A DNA stretch of 64,000 nucleotides from an uncultured Christensenella sp. (GCA_910579585.1 CAJTVA010000004.1:2330-66329), one strand, 5' to 3'. Counted from the first letter of the stretch, positions 9,330 through 18,339 are shown. The notes: generated by a model not told the origin, from the letters alone. Numbers and translations are program-made.

Positions 9330-10227
9330 CCAAATCTTTACCCGTAACTTTCAAAAACACGTTGTCCATATCGCCCTTTAAAACCTCGAAGTCCGTAAAT
9401 AACGCAGGGTATTTTTTAATTATCTCAGTCGCTTCGTTCGTCTTTTTTAGTTCAACTTCCAGAAAGCCGCGTTCCCTTTTAAGCCCGTAGCCCAAAGGCG
9501 CAAGCAACTTTTCCGCCTCGTCTATATCCGAATAAATTCTTATGTAGTCGTTTGCATAGCTGTTTTTCAGCTCGTGCGGTGTACCCTCGGCAACTTTTTT
9601 GCCGCTGTCGAGAATAACCACATAGTCGGCTTCCGCCGCTTCTTCCATATAATGCGTAGTTAAAAATACCGTCAGTCCGCTCTCTTTGCGCAGTTTATCG
9701 ATAACGCTCCACACCGTTTTGCGCGTTTTGGGGTCAAGCCCCGTCGTAGGTTCGTCCAAAATTAAAAGCTTGGGGTTATGAAACAGCCCGCGCGCAATAT
9801 CGATTCTTCTCTTCTGCCCGCCCGAAAGTTTACCGATAGGACGCTTTAAAATTTCTTTCAAATCGAGAAGTTCGCACATTTCTTCAAGTCGGGTTCTAAA
9901 TTCTTTCCCGAAAATTCCGTACAGCGCCGCGCGCGATTTCAGATTGTCGTAAACGGACAGCTTTTTATCTAAGACCGAATTTTGGAACACAATACCTATA
10001 CTGCCCTTTATTTTGTCGGCAGTTTCGTCTATATCGTAGCCGCAAACGCGCACCTTGCCGCCGTCTTTTTTAAGCGTTCCGCTGATAATATTTATCGTCG
10101 TGGACTTGCCCGCGCCGTTTATCCCGAGAAAAGCAAAAAGCTCCCCCTCTTTCACCTTGAACGAAACCCCGTCCACAGCTTTTACGTCTTTAAACGATTT
10201 TTCAAGATTATCGATTTCGATTATCAT
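9319..10227 (-). CDS. ABC transporter ATP-binding protein (DrrA/ABC-2 subfamily)
   Basis: Walker A GINGAGKST, signature LSGGQKRR, Walker [14 protein letters not shown]-loop TTHYMEE. Confidence 0.9.
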   Translation of the reverse strand: MIIEIDNLEKSFKDVKAVDGVSFKVKEGELFAFLGINGAGKSTTINIISGTLKKDGGKVRVCGYDIDETADKIKGSIGIVFQNSVLDKKLSVYDNLKSRAALYGIFGKEFRTRLEEMCELLDLKEILKRPIGKLSGGQKRRIDIARGLFHNPKLLILDEPTTGLDPKTRKTVWSVIDKLRKESGLTVFLTTHYMEEAAEADYVVILDSGKKVAEGTPHELKNSYANDYIRIYSDIDEAEKLLAPLGYGLKRERGFLEVELKKTNEATEIIKKYPALFTDFEVLKGDMDNVFLKVTGKDLDGA

Positions 10228-10784
10228 CTATTCTCTCCTTTCAATTGCTTAATAGCTCCGAAATACGCATCCGTTAACATTTGACTGACGGTTTCCCAGT
10301 CGATGTCGATATATTCAGTAGCGAATATCGTCGCTACGCCGTGAACGAATATCCACATATGCATATGAAGCCTGTTCGCCTCGTCCTGATACAGTCCGTA
10401 GTTTTTCATAATCATTAAAACCGTATTATCGAAAATCTGCTGCGTACCGTCGGCGATCATATCGCGGTGCATCATAGCGTATTTAAACAGCTCTTTGTCC
10501 TGTTTGGCAAAACGGATATACCCCATACCCACGGCTTTATATTTTTCGTACTTTCCGCTTGCCACCTCGTCGTCCATATACTTCTGAAAAACTTCAATGA
10601 CCTTTTTATCCACTTGTTTCTTTAAATCATCGATTCCGTTAAACGACAGATATATGGGCTGGGTTGAACAGTTGCACCGTTTTGCAAGCGAACGCATATT
10701 TAGCGCCGCTATTCCACCCTCCCGAACAATTTGAAGCGCGGTATTTAAAATTTCCTCTTTCGTAACGATTTTTTTCGCAGGCAT
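10224..10784 (-). CDS. TetR/AcrR family transcriptional regulator
   Basis: The N-terminal HTH is EEILNTALQIVREGGIAALNMRSLAKRCNCSTQPIYLSF. The ATG at 10782-10784 is preceded by GAGGTGG. The track start at 10805 is a GTG inside the operator. A 4-nt overlap with the ATPase gene start suggests an operon. Confidence 0.85.
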   Translation of the reverse strand: MPAKKIVTKEEILNTALQIVREGGIAALNMRSLAKRCNCSTQPIYLSFNGIDDLKKQVDKKVIEVFQKYMDDEVASGKYEKYKAVGMGYIRFAKQDKELFKYAMMHRDMIADGTQQIFDNTVLMIMKNYGLYQDEANRLHMHMWIFVHGVATIFATEYIDIDWETVSQMLTDAYFGAIKQLKGENR

Positions 10785-10797
10785 GTACCACCTCAAA

Positions 10798-10829
10798 AAT
10801 AACACAAGTTATTAATAACAATTGTTATT
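10798..10829. promoter_or_regulatory. Two abutting 16-bp palindromes, a candidate TetR operator
   Basis: AATAACacaaGTTATT (10798-10813) is immediately followed by the perfect palindrome AATAACAATTGTTATT (10814-10829). Both lie 14-45 nt upstream of the TetR start, in the divergent intergenic region. Confidence 0.6.
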
Positions 10830-10936
10830 TTATCATGGGTGAATTATGCTGTCAAGCATTTTCTACAAAATGCCGCAAAAATATCTCCAAGGAGCTATTT
10901 TTTATAATTATAACTCCATGGAGATATACTGTCAAT

Positions 10937-11149
10937 ATGATTAACTTAAAATTTGCGGAAAATTTAAAACTTTTAATGCAAGAAACGAACGTCAATCAAG
11001 TAATGCTTGCAAATGAAATTAAAATTTCGCAAAGCGCGATAAGCGCGTGGCTTTTAAACAAAAAAGAACCGAGTATTACCAGCCTTTGGCTATTGGCGGA
11101 TTTTTTTAATTGTACGGTCGATGAACTTATCGGAAGAAGTAATTTTTAA
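10937..11149 (+). CDS. XRE family helix-turn-helix transcriptional regulator (70 aa)
   Basis: MINLKFAENLKLLMQETNVNQVMLANEIKISQSAISAWLLNKKEPSITSLWLLADFFNCTVDELIG is a classic HTH_3 sequence. The ATG at 10937 is preferred over the 10835 track start. Confidence 0.8.
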   Translation: MINLKFAENLKLLMQETNVNQVMLANEIKISQSAISAWLLNKKEPSITSLWLLADFFNCTVDELIGRSNF

Positions 11150-11161
11150 TTTATAACGTGA

Positions 11162-11193
11162 AGCCCCCTTGGCGAATTTACGCCAAGGGGGCT
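11162..11193. terminator. Perfect 13-bp-stem hairpin between the convergent XRE gene and rnpB
   Basis: AGCCCCCTTGGCG-aattta-CGCCAAGGGGGCT, followed on the plus strand by ATATTTCAGTTT. It lies 8 nt beyond the predicted rnpB 3' end. Confidence 0.75.
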
Positions 11194-11201
11194 ATATTTC
11201 A

Positions 11202-11556
11202 GTTTGAGATTAATCTGTAAGCCGAGTTCTGTCGTGTACGGTCATCTATCTAATCTTGCAGTCGCCTGCAAGCTCAAGCGATATTCACGGCTGTAAGCAG
11301 ACGGGCAGCCTTGGCATTTAAGCCAGCTTACAACCCAATCTTGCATCGGGTGGGGTTTAATTGGCTCCCCCTGTTACCAAGGGGACGGTGAGCTCTTACC
11401 TCGCCATTCCAACCTTACAGACAAAGTCTGCGGTATATTTCTGTTCACTTTCCTTGAAGTCGCCTCCTCCTGCCGTTAACAGGCACCCTTGCCCTGCGAT
11501 GCTCGGACTTTCCTCACGCCACTCACGTGGCCCGCGACCGTATAATTAACTCAAAC
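11202..11556 (-). ncRNA. rnpB: RNase P RNA (bacterial M1-type ribozyme)
   Basis: The minus strand contains the universally conserved P4 halves GAGGAAAGUCCGAGC (reverse complement of 11499-11513) and ACAGAACUCGGCUUA. The ends pair as P1 (GUUUGAG..UUAAU with AUUAAUCUCAAAC). Length is about 355 nt, and no credible ORF is present. Confidence 0.9.
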
Positions 11557-11563
11557 CTTAAAT

Positions 11564-11593
11564 ATTATAACACTTTTTTTAAAATAGGGGCAA
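11564..11593 (-). promoter_or_regulatory. Sigma-A-type promoter for rnpB
   Basis: Minus strand TTGCCC-N18-TATAAT with a TGT extended -10. The predicted TSS falls about 7 nt downstream, matching the P1 5' end near 11556. Confidence 0.5.
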
Positions 11594-11659
11594 GTATTTT
11601 ACCGTTTAAGTTGCTTTTTAACCCGATTTATTTTACAATAATCAGTGAGGTATTTTTAT

Positions 11660-13078
11660 ATGAAGAAAACTAAGATTATCTGTACATTGGGTCCCGCAAG
11701 CGACACGGAAGTAGTCCTGTCCGATTTGATTGACGCGGGAATGAACGTAGCGCGCCTTAACTTTTCACACGGCACACACGAGGACCACGCAAAAAAGATT
11801 GCAATGATTAAAAAGCTTCGGGAAGAAAAGAAAGCACCTATCGCTATTCTTCTGGATACGAAAGGTCCCGAATTCAGAATTAAAACCTTTGAAAAGGGTA
11901 AAATCACTTTAAAAGACGGTGATACTTTCACTTTCACCACGGACGAAATCGTCGGCGACAAATCGAGGGTTTCAGTTTCGTTCAAGGGCATTTGCGAACA
12001 GATGTTCCCCGGCGACAAAATTCTTTTGAATAACGGACTTATGATTTTCGAGGTCGTTAAAGTCGAAAAACCCAACGTTATCTGCAAAACTATCGTCGGC
12101 GGAATACTTTCGGACAGAAAGTCAATGTTCTTTCCTGACAAAGAGTTTGAAATGACCTACCTTTCCGAACAGGACAAAGCCGACCTTAAATTCGGCGTCG
12201 AACAGGGCGTCGACTTCGTCGCGGCTTCGTTCGTTTCCAAAGCGCAGGACGTTGTTGATATAAGAAACTGGCTCAGAGAGTGCGGCTCACCCGACGGACA
12301 GATAGAAATTATCGCTAAAATCGAAAGCCGCGCCGGCGTAAACAACCTTGACGGAATATTGAAAGTCTGCGACGGAATAATGGTTGCGCGCGGCGACCTC
12401 GGCGTAGAAGTACCGTTCGAGGAACTGCCCAGCATTCAGAAAACTATCATAAAGAAATGCCGTATCTGCGGCAAGCGTTCAATCACCGCAACCGAAATGT
12501 TAGAGTCAATGATTAAACAGCCCCGCCCCACCCGTGCGGAAATTTCGGACGTCGCCAACGCTGTTTACGACGGTTCTTCCGCGATTATGCTTTCGGGCGA
12601 AACTGCCGCGGGCGCATACCCCGTAGAAGCTGTTAAAGCAATGGCAAAGATTGCTGCGCAGGCAGAAGCAAACACCTCTTACATCGCACACATTAACGAA
12701 AAAGACTATAACATTACCAAACTTTCGGAGGCGCTTGCACACTCCGCGTGTACTCTCGCGCACGATATCGGCGCAAAAGTTATCGTCGTATGCACCCGCA
12801 CCGGCGGCACGGCGAGAACGGTTTCAAGATTCCGCCCTATGATTGACATTATCGGTATGACTACCGACGAAATCGCTTACAGAAAGCTTGCGTTAAGCTG
12901 GGGCGTCATTCCCGTAATGAGCGAAGAATTTTATTCGGTAGACGTCCTCTTCCACTACGCTAAGCGCGCCGCGCTTGATTCGGGCATAGTCGAAAAAGGC
13001 GACAAAATCGTCCTAACAGGCGGCACGCCAAACGGCAAAAGCGGCAACTCTAACCTTATAAACGTAGAAACGGTTTAA
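11660..13078 (+). CDS. pyk: Pyruvate kinase
   Basis: MKKTKIICTLGPAS...NVARLNFSHG...MVARGDLGVE...ATEMLESM are canonical PK motifs. The ATG at 11660 follows SD GTGAGG. The track start at 11645 is a GTG. Confidence 0.95.
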   Translation: MKKTKIICTLGPASDTEVVLSDLIDAGMNVARLNFSHGTHEDHAKKIAMIKKLREEKKAPIAILLDTKGPEFRIKTFEKGKITLKDGDTFTFTTDEIVGDKSRVSVSFKGICEQMFPGDKILLNNGLMIFEVVKVEKPNVICKTIVGGILSDRKSMFFPDKEFEMTYLSEQDKADLKFGVEQGVDFVAASFVSKAQDVVDIRNWLRECGSPDGQIEIIAKIESRAGVNNLDGILKVCDGIMVARGDLGVEVPFEELPSIQKTIIKKCRICGKRSITATEMLESMIKQPRPTRAEISDVANAVYDGSSAIMLSGETAAGAYPVEAVKAMAKIAAQAEANTSYIAHINEKDYNITKLSEALAHSACTLAHDIGAKVIVVCTRTGGTARTVSRFRPMIDIIGMTTDEIAYRKLALSWGVIPVMSEEFYSVDVLFHYAKRAALDSGIVEKGDKIVLTGGTPNGKSGNSNLINVETV

Positions 13079-13097
13079 AAACCGTATATATAAGCAA

Positions 13098-13131
13098 ACA
13101 GCTCACGGGCTATTCCCGTGAGCTGTTTTTT
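13098..13131. terminator. Rho-independent terminator of pyk, shared with the convergent HxlR gene
   Basis: ACAGCTCACGGG-ctatt-CCCGTGAGCTGT followed by TTTTTT. The T-run overlaps the stop codon of the minus-strand gene. Confidence 0.85.
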
Positions 13132-13528
13132 ATTCGAGTCCTAATAATTCCCGTATCTGCCCGTCCGTATACGGGCTTACGTAATCAGGCGCGCATAAGT
13201 GCGTTTGACTCCACATCATCATTTGCGTCAATACGGGGACGAAACTTTTCCCGAGCTTTGTCAAAGTATATTCTACCCTTGGCGGAATTTCTTTGTAAAT
13301 TTCGCGGTGAATAAAGCCGTCGTCCTCTAATTCGCGCAACTGTTTTGTAAGCGTTGACTGCGTTATCCCGTCCATTCTCCTCAACAGTTCGCCAAACCGT
13401 TGCACTTTACTTATGGCAATATACCAAAGTATAAGAATTTTCCATTTACCGCTTAACACGGCTTGTAACGTACTCATAGGCACACACCGCGCCATGACTT
13501 CCCTTTTTCGGAATTTGTTATCAGTCAT
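13130..13528 (-). CDS. HxlR family (MarR-like winged helix) transcriptional regulator
   Basis: C-x...LSGKWKILILWYI...RFGELLRRMDGITQSTLTKQLRELEDDGFIHREIYKEIPPRVEYTLTKLG is the HxlR signature. Confidence 0.85.
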   Translation of the reverse strand: MTDNKFRKREVMARCVPMSTLQAVLSGKWKILILWYIAISKVQRFGELLRRMDGITQSTLTKQLRELEDDGFIHREIYKEIPPRVEYTLTKLGKSFVPVLTQMMMWSQTHLCAPDYVSPYTDGQIRELLGLE

Positions 13529-13673
13529 AATAACTCCTTGCTTCTAAATAGCGGTTTACAAAAACCGCTCAAACCCAATGATATCTTTTTTGATACTACT
13601 ACTAAATAAAGACAGTACTTGAAACGCAATACCGTTCTAAATTACAATTAAGAAAAAAAGGACGGTATTTTTT

Positions 13674-14558
13674 ATGCACTACACGGGAACGGTATGGCGC
13701 CCGCCTTACGAAGCTTGGTCGGCTTTGTTGCAAGTAACGGCAGGTTGCACACACCATAAATGCAAATTCTGCACACTATACGAAGACGTTCCGTTCAAAT
13801 TCCGTATTTCCGCTATGCAGGAAATCGAAGCGGACCTGAAAGAATTATACTTCCATTCACCCGACGTGACAAGATTATTTTTAGTCGGGGCTAACCCATT
13901 CGTTCTTTCCACGGCAAAACTCAGAAATATAGCGTATTTGGCAAAACAGTATCTTCACCGATTAACGACTATCGGCTGTTTTGCGAGAATAACAGACATC
14001 TCCCCCAAAAGTATAGAAGAATTAAAACAATTACGCAGCTGCGGCTTTAACGGCGTAACTATCGGCGTGGAAACAGGCGACGACGAAGCGCTTGCATTTA
14101 TGCACAAAGGCTATACTTCTACCGACATATTAGAACAATGCCGTAAGCTCGACGAAGCAGGAATCGAATATAATTTCTTCTATCTTACAGGAATTTACGG
14201 AAAAGGTAAAAGTGCAGACGGAGTTGAAAACACTTTAAAAGTATTTAACCAACTCAACCCTAAAATCGTCGGCGCATCTATGCTTACCATCTATACTAAT
14301 TCAGAGTTATATAGCGAAATACAAAAAGGAAATTGGGTTGAAGAAAGCGAAACTGAAAAATACAACGAGCTGAAAATGCTTATAAACGGTTTATTGATAA
14401 AAACACATTTTGCCGCGTTAGGCGCGTCGAACGCTTTGCAGCTACACGGAGATTTACCGTCGGATAAAGCGGAGTTAATCTCCGCGATTGACGAAACCGT
14501 AGCCCGCTTCGGAGAAAACCGGTTAAGACAGTACAGAAAAAATCTGAAACATCTGTAA
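13674..14558 (+). CDS. Radical SAM domain protein with a non-canonical CX4CX2C cluster motif, function unknown
   Basis: 294 aa. GCTHHKCKFCTLY has Cys25, Cys30 and Cys33 (nt 13746-13772). A GGE-like motif LFLVGANP and a TIM-barrel-like remainder follow. The gene is divergent from the HxlR regulator. Confidence 0.7.
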   Translation: MHYTGTVWRPPYEAWSALLQVTAGCTHHKCKFCTLYEDVPFKFRISAMQEIEADLKELYFHSPDVTRLFLVGANPFVLSTAKLRNIAYLAKQYLHRLTTIGCFARITDISPKSIEELKQLRSCGFNGVTIGVETGDDEALAFMHKGYTSTDILEQCRKLDEAGIEYNFFYLTGIYGKGKSADGVENTLKVFNQLNPKIVGASMLTIYTNSELYSEIQKGNWVEESETEKYNELKMLINGLLIKTHFAALGASNALQLHGDLPSDKAELISAIDETVARFGENRLRQYRKNLKHL

Positions 14559-14571
14559 ATTCAAAAAATTG

Positions 14572-14600
14572 AAAAGGTGCGATATTTTATCGCACCTTTT
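14572..14600. terminator. Bidirectional terminator closing the radical SAM gene (+) and the 20-kb protease/Opp cluster (-)
   Basis: AAAAGGTGCGAT-atttt-ATCGCACCTTTT, a 12-bp stem with A and T runs on both sides. It overlaps the stop codon at 14600-14602. Confidence 0.85.
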
Positions 14601-14851
14601 TATTTCAGCCAGAAATATGCAAGCAAAAAGACAAACGAAAACATAAGCACGGAAATAATGATAAACGGAGCAATCGCCGCAAACGCGCCCCTTACCATAG
14701 CCCAATACTCTTTTCTTGAAACTTTTTGCCTGTTTTTGCGCGACTCGTCCTGCTTTTTTGCGTTGGGGTTATACCATTTAAAACCGTCAACGTTCATATC
14801 GGCGAAACTTGTCGTCGTATCAAGGTCGTCGTCAGGCTTTTTCTTTGCCAT
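14600..14851 (-). CDS. Small tail-anchored membrane protein (83 aa), last gene of the Opp cluster
   Basis: A charged N-terminal half (KKKPDDDLD...KKQDESRKNRQKVSRKEYW) is followed by a single C-terminal TM segment (GAFAAIAPFIIISVLMFSFVFLLAYFW). The start overlaps the oppF 3' end by 20 nt, and the terminator follows immediately. Confidence 0.6.
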   Translation of the reverse strand: MAKKKPDDDLDTTTSFADMNVDGFKWYNPNAKKQDESRKNRQKVSRKEYWAMVRGAFAAIAPFIIISVLMFSFVFLLAYFWLK

Positions 14852-15956
14852 CGCTCTCCTCTTTGTTCTTCTTTTTGAGCACCCTCATATCTTCCTTTGC
14901 AAGCGCTGTAATTCTTTCAAGTTCTTCGGCTTTCTTCAACTCTTCTTTGCAAGCAATATTCTCCTCGGGCGTGTTGTAAAGGTGACAGGCACAGAAATGC
15001 CCTTTTTCTACCTCTTTATAAATAGGTTTTACCTTTTCGCAAATATCCATGCAGTGCTCGCACCGAGTGTGGAACTTGCAGCCCTTGGGCGGGTTAACGG
15101 GCGACGGCAAGTCGCCCTTCAACAGAATTCTGTTCATCTTGACGTGCGGGTTAGGCACGGGCACCGCCGAGAAAAGCGCCTTTGTGTACGGGTGCAGAGT
15201 GTTTGAGAAAATCGACTCCTTAGTGCCGTACTCAACCATACTGCCGAGGTACATTACGCCGACTTCGTCCGAAATGTGCTTAACGACGGACAAATCGTGC
15301 GAAATGAACACGTACGTCAGGCCCAACTCTTTCTGCAATTCTTTAAGCATATTAATTATCTGCGCCTGAATGGAAACGTCAAGCGCGGAAACAGGCTCGT
15401 CGCATATAACGAGGTCGGGCTTTAACGCAAGCGCGCGGGCAATACAAATTCTTTGCCGCTGACCGCCCGAAAACTCATGCGGGTAACGCTCGTAATAGTG
15501 CGGCTGAAGTCCGCACATCTTCATAACGCTTAAAATGTAATCGTGATACTCTTCCTTGGGCACGATTTTGTGCTCGCGCACAGCCTCGCCGATAATCTCG
15601 CCGACGGTAAGTCTTGGCGAAAGGCTCGCGTAAGGGTCCTGGAAAATCATTTGCATATTCGGGCGGAGTTTGTTGAACTCGCGGTTCTTTATCTTTGAAA
15701 CTTCCTGCCCCTTGAACCAGATTTCCCCGCCCGTAACGTCGTAAAGACGCAGAACGGTTCTTCCCATAGTCGTCTTACCGCAACCGCTTTCGCCGACTAT
15801 ACCGAGGGTCTTGCCCTTTTCGATAGAGAACGTAACGCCGTCAACGGCTTTCAGATACTTGGTGGGTCTGCCGAAAAGCGTAGAGTCCACCACGAAATAC
15901 TGTTTTAAATCTTTAACTTCTAAAAGAGGTGCTTCGCTTACTTCGTTTTCAGCCAT
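14832..15956 (-). CDS. oppF: Oligopeptide ABC transporter ATP-binding protein OppF-type, with a C-terminal Cys cluster and a charged tail
   Basis: Walker A GESGCGKTT, signature FSGGQRQR, Walker B LVICDEPVSALD, H-loop ISHDL. The C-terminus has CKFHTRCEHCMDIC...CAC followed by about 45 aa of KE-rich tail. Confidence 0.9.
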   Translation of the reverse strand: MAENEVSEAPLLEVKDLKQYFVVDSTLFGRPTKYLKAVDGVTFSIEKGKTLGIVGESGCGKTTMGRTVLRLYDVTGGEIWFKGQEVSKIKNREFNKLRPNMQMIFQDPYASLSPRLTVGEIIGEAVREHKIVPKEEYHDYILSVMKMCGLQPHYYERYPHEFSGGQRQRICIARALALKPDLVICDEPVSALDVSIQAQIINMLKELQKELGLTYVFISHDLSVVKHISDEVGVMYLGSMVEYGTKESIFSNTLHPYTKALFSAVPVPNPHVKMNRILLKGDLPSPVNPPKGCKFHTRCEHCMDICEKVKPIYKEVEKGHFCACHLYNTPEENIACKEELKKAEELERITALAKEDMRVLKKKNKEESDGKEKA

Positions 15957-15957
15957 A

Positions 15958-17259
15958 TTAAACCTCCTTTCCGTTTTCTTTTGATTTATAAAGATAGCAC
16001 AAAACGCTGTGTGTAGGCGATACCTTTATAAGCTCGGGGTATTCCCCCGCGCACTCCGAACGGCAGGACTCGCACCTGTCGCGGAAGTAGCAATAGTCGG
16101 GCATATCAACAGGGTTGGGCACGAAACCGGGAATACAGTAAAGCGATTCGACTTCACCGTCAACGGTCGGTTTACTCTTCTGCAAGCCAATCGTGTACGG
16201 GTGCATAGGATGGTCGAAAATATCCTCCGCCGTGCCCATTTCTATTACTTTGCCAGCATACATAACGACAACGAAGTCCGCCATTTCCGCAACCACGCCC
16301 AAGTCGTGCGTGATAAGCATAATACTGCCGTTAATCTTCTGTTTGATTTCCTTTAATAAATCGAGAATCTGCGCCTGAATGGTAACGTCGAGCGCTGTAG
16401 TCGGCTCGTCAGCAATAATAAGGCGCGGGTTGCAAAGAAGCGCCATTGCAATCATAACCCTTTGGCGCATACCGCCCGATAGCTCGTGCGGGTATTTCTT
16501 ATAAACTCCCTCGGGGTCGGCCATACCGACAAGATTAAGCATTTCAAGACTTCTGGCTTTAGCGTTTTCCTTAGATATACCCTCAAGATGCAAAAGCGCA
16601 ACCTCGTCAAGCTGGTTTCCGACCGTGAACACGGGGTTAAGGGAAGTCATAGGCTCCTGAAAAATCATTGCGATTTCACTACCGCGGATTGTACGCATAG
16701 CATCGACTGGCATCTTTGCAATGTCAACAACGAGCTCTTCCCTCTCGTACATATTTCCGCCGAGCTCGTTTTTCTTTATAACGGGCTTGCCTTTTTTGTC
16801 GAGAACGGGCTCTTCGCCGTTCACACCCGTGCGGGTTTCGTAAACGGGAATTTTCCTCCCCTTTTCGTCACGCTTAAAGCTATGGCTTTTGAACCTTATA
16901 GAGCCGCTTACAATCTGCCCCGCGGGTCCTTGAACAAGTTGCATAGTCGAAAGCGAAGTTACGGACTTACCGCAACCGCTCTCGCCCACGACGCCGACCG
17001 TCGAGCCTTCGGGAATGGAGAACGACACTCCGTTTACCGCCTTAACGACGCCCGCGTCGGTGAAAAAAAAGGTGTGCAAATCGTCGAGTTCAAGAATGTT
17101 GGTCGGGTCCTTCATTTCCGTTACGAACTCTTCTTCCTTTATCTTTCTCTTCTTGCGTTTTTCGAAGTATTTCGTCTGCTTAGCGTTTTCCTTAGCTATG
17201 CGGCGGGACTCCGCGCCCGAGATATAATGCGATTTTTTTGAATTATTTTCTTCGGACAT
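15958..17259 (-). CDS. oppD: Oligopeptide ABC transporter ATP-binding protein OppD-type, with an N-terminal basic extension and an internal insertion
   Basis: Walker [11 protein letters not shown]-loop [14 protein letters not shown], signature LSGGMRQR, Walker [14 protein letters not shown]-loop ITHDL. There is a lysine-rich leader of about 52 aa, and an insertion of about 54 aa (aa 124-177) between Walker A and the Q-loop. Confidence 0.9.
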   Translation of the reverse strand: MSEENNSKKSHYISGAESRRIAKENAKQTKYFEKRKKRKIKEEEFVTEMKDPTNILELDDLHTFFFTDAGVVKAVNGVSFSIPEGSTVGVVGESGCGKSVTSLSTMQLVQGPAGQIVSGSIRFKSHSFKRDEKGRKIPVYETRTGVNGEEPVLDKKGKPVIKKNELGGNMYEREELVVDIAKMPVDAMRTIRGSEIAMIFQEPMTSLNPVFTVGNQLDEVALLHLEGISKENAKARSLEMLNLVGMADPEGVYKKYPHELSGGMRQRVMIAMALLCNPRLIIADEPTTALDVTIQAQILDLLKEIKQKINGSIMLITHDLGVVAEMADFVVVMYAGKVIEMGTAEDIFDHPMHPYTIGLQKSKPTVDGEVESLYCIPGFVPNPVDMPDYCYFRDRCESCRSECAGEYPELIKVSPTHSVLCYLYKSKENGKEV

Positions 17260-17263
17260 TTAT

Positions 17264-18328
17264 TTACCTCTTCATTTTCGGGTCAAATGCGTCCCTCAAA
17301 CCGTCGCCGACGAAGTTGAAAGCGAGAATTGCAAGCGTAATACATATGCCGGGCGGAACCCAGAAGTTCGGGAAGTTACTAAGCCTGATACTGTTTGAAG
17401 CCGAGTTTATCATTGTGCCCCAGGTTGCAGTCAAAGGCGGCGCACCGATACCGAGGAAGCCCAGCGTTGCTTCGGTCAGAATTATACTGCCGAGCCCGAG
17501 CGTCATCGAAACGATAAGTTGCGGCAATACATTCGGCAGAAGGTGCTTGAAAATTTTCCTCTTGACCGAAAGTCCCGAACACTTCGCGGCAAGCATAAAG
17601 TCCTGCTCTCTCAACGACAGTATCTGCCCGCGCACAAGCCGCGCGATTCCCGCCCAGCCTATCAGGGTCAGAATACCCATCATATAATATAGTCGGATAA
17701 TCGAATTAATTCCCGCAGCGTCGAACACCGTGGAAAAGATAAGCATAATCGGCAACGTCGGTATACAGTACAGTATATCTGTAAGACGCATAATAAAGTT
17801 ATCCACCCGCCCGCCGAAATATCCGGCAAGCCCGCCTAAAATTACGCCGATCAGCGTTTCCAACAGCACGACGACAAAGCCTATCGTCAAGGAAACCCTT
17901 CCGCCGTACATAAGGCGCGTAAATAAATCGTAACCGTTTTCGTCCGTGCCGAGCCAGTGCTCCGCCGACGGCGCGGCTTCACTGTTCCACTCGCTGGTAG
18001 AAATCGAAATGTCGTAGCCGATATGCACGTTTCCGTCAGCGTCGGTGTATCTTACTTCGCTGTAATTTACAATCGTCTTACCCGAAGTATCCCTCTGCGT
18101 TTCGCCCCAAGGCGATATAAGAGGACCGAAGAAAGAGATAACGAACAGCGCAACCAGTATGACAAGACCGACTATCGAAAGTTTAGAGCGGAAAAACCGT
18201 TTTGCAACGGTTCTGCCCGGCGAAAGGACTTTTACCCTGTCGCCAAGCACTTCACCGTGGAGGTCGTTGAATTTTTGGTCCGTGCCCGCGTCTGTTTTTT
18301 CGGTTTCGGGCATTTTTTCTTCTTCCAT
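17264..18328 (-). CDS. oppC: Oligopeptide ABC transporter permease OppC-type
   Basis: 354 aa. The BPD-transporter EAA-like region is AAKCSGLSVKRKIFKHLLPN. A strong SD (AAGGAGGG) is present, and there is an N-terminal cytoplasmic extension of about 45 aa. Confidence 0.9.
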   Translation of the reverse strand: MEEEKMPETEKTDAGTDQKFNDLHGEVLGDRVKVLSPGRTVAKRFFRSKLSIVGLVILVALFVISFFGPLISPWGETQRDTSGKTIVNYSEVRYTDADGNVHIGYDISISTSEWNSEAAPSAEHWLGTDENGYDLFTRLMYGGRVSLTIGFVVVLLETLIGVILGGLAGYFGGRVDNFIMRLTDILYCIPTLPIMLIFSTVFDAAGINSIIRLYYMMGILTLIGWAGIARLVRGQILSLREQDFMLAAKCSGLSVKRKIFKHLLPNVLPQLIVSMTLGLGSIILTEATLGFLGIGAPPLTATWGTMINSASNSIRLSNFPNFWVPPGICITLAILAFNFVGDGLRDAFDPKMKR

Positions 18329-18339
18329 TCTCTCCCTCC

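Noticed and set aside
17063-17070. An A8/T8 homopolymer inside oppD (also T7 at 17232-17238 and G7 at 57925-57931 in scfB) as possible phase-variation tracts
   Set aside because: The tracts are short, lie in conserved coding regions and simply encode FFF, KK or PP. There is no evidence of slippage-prone length or of alternative frames.
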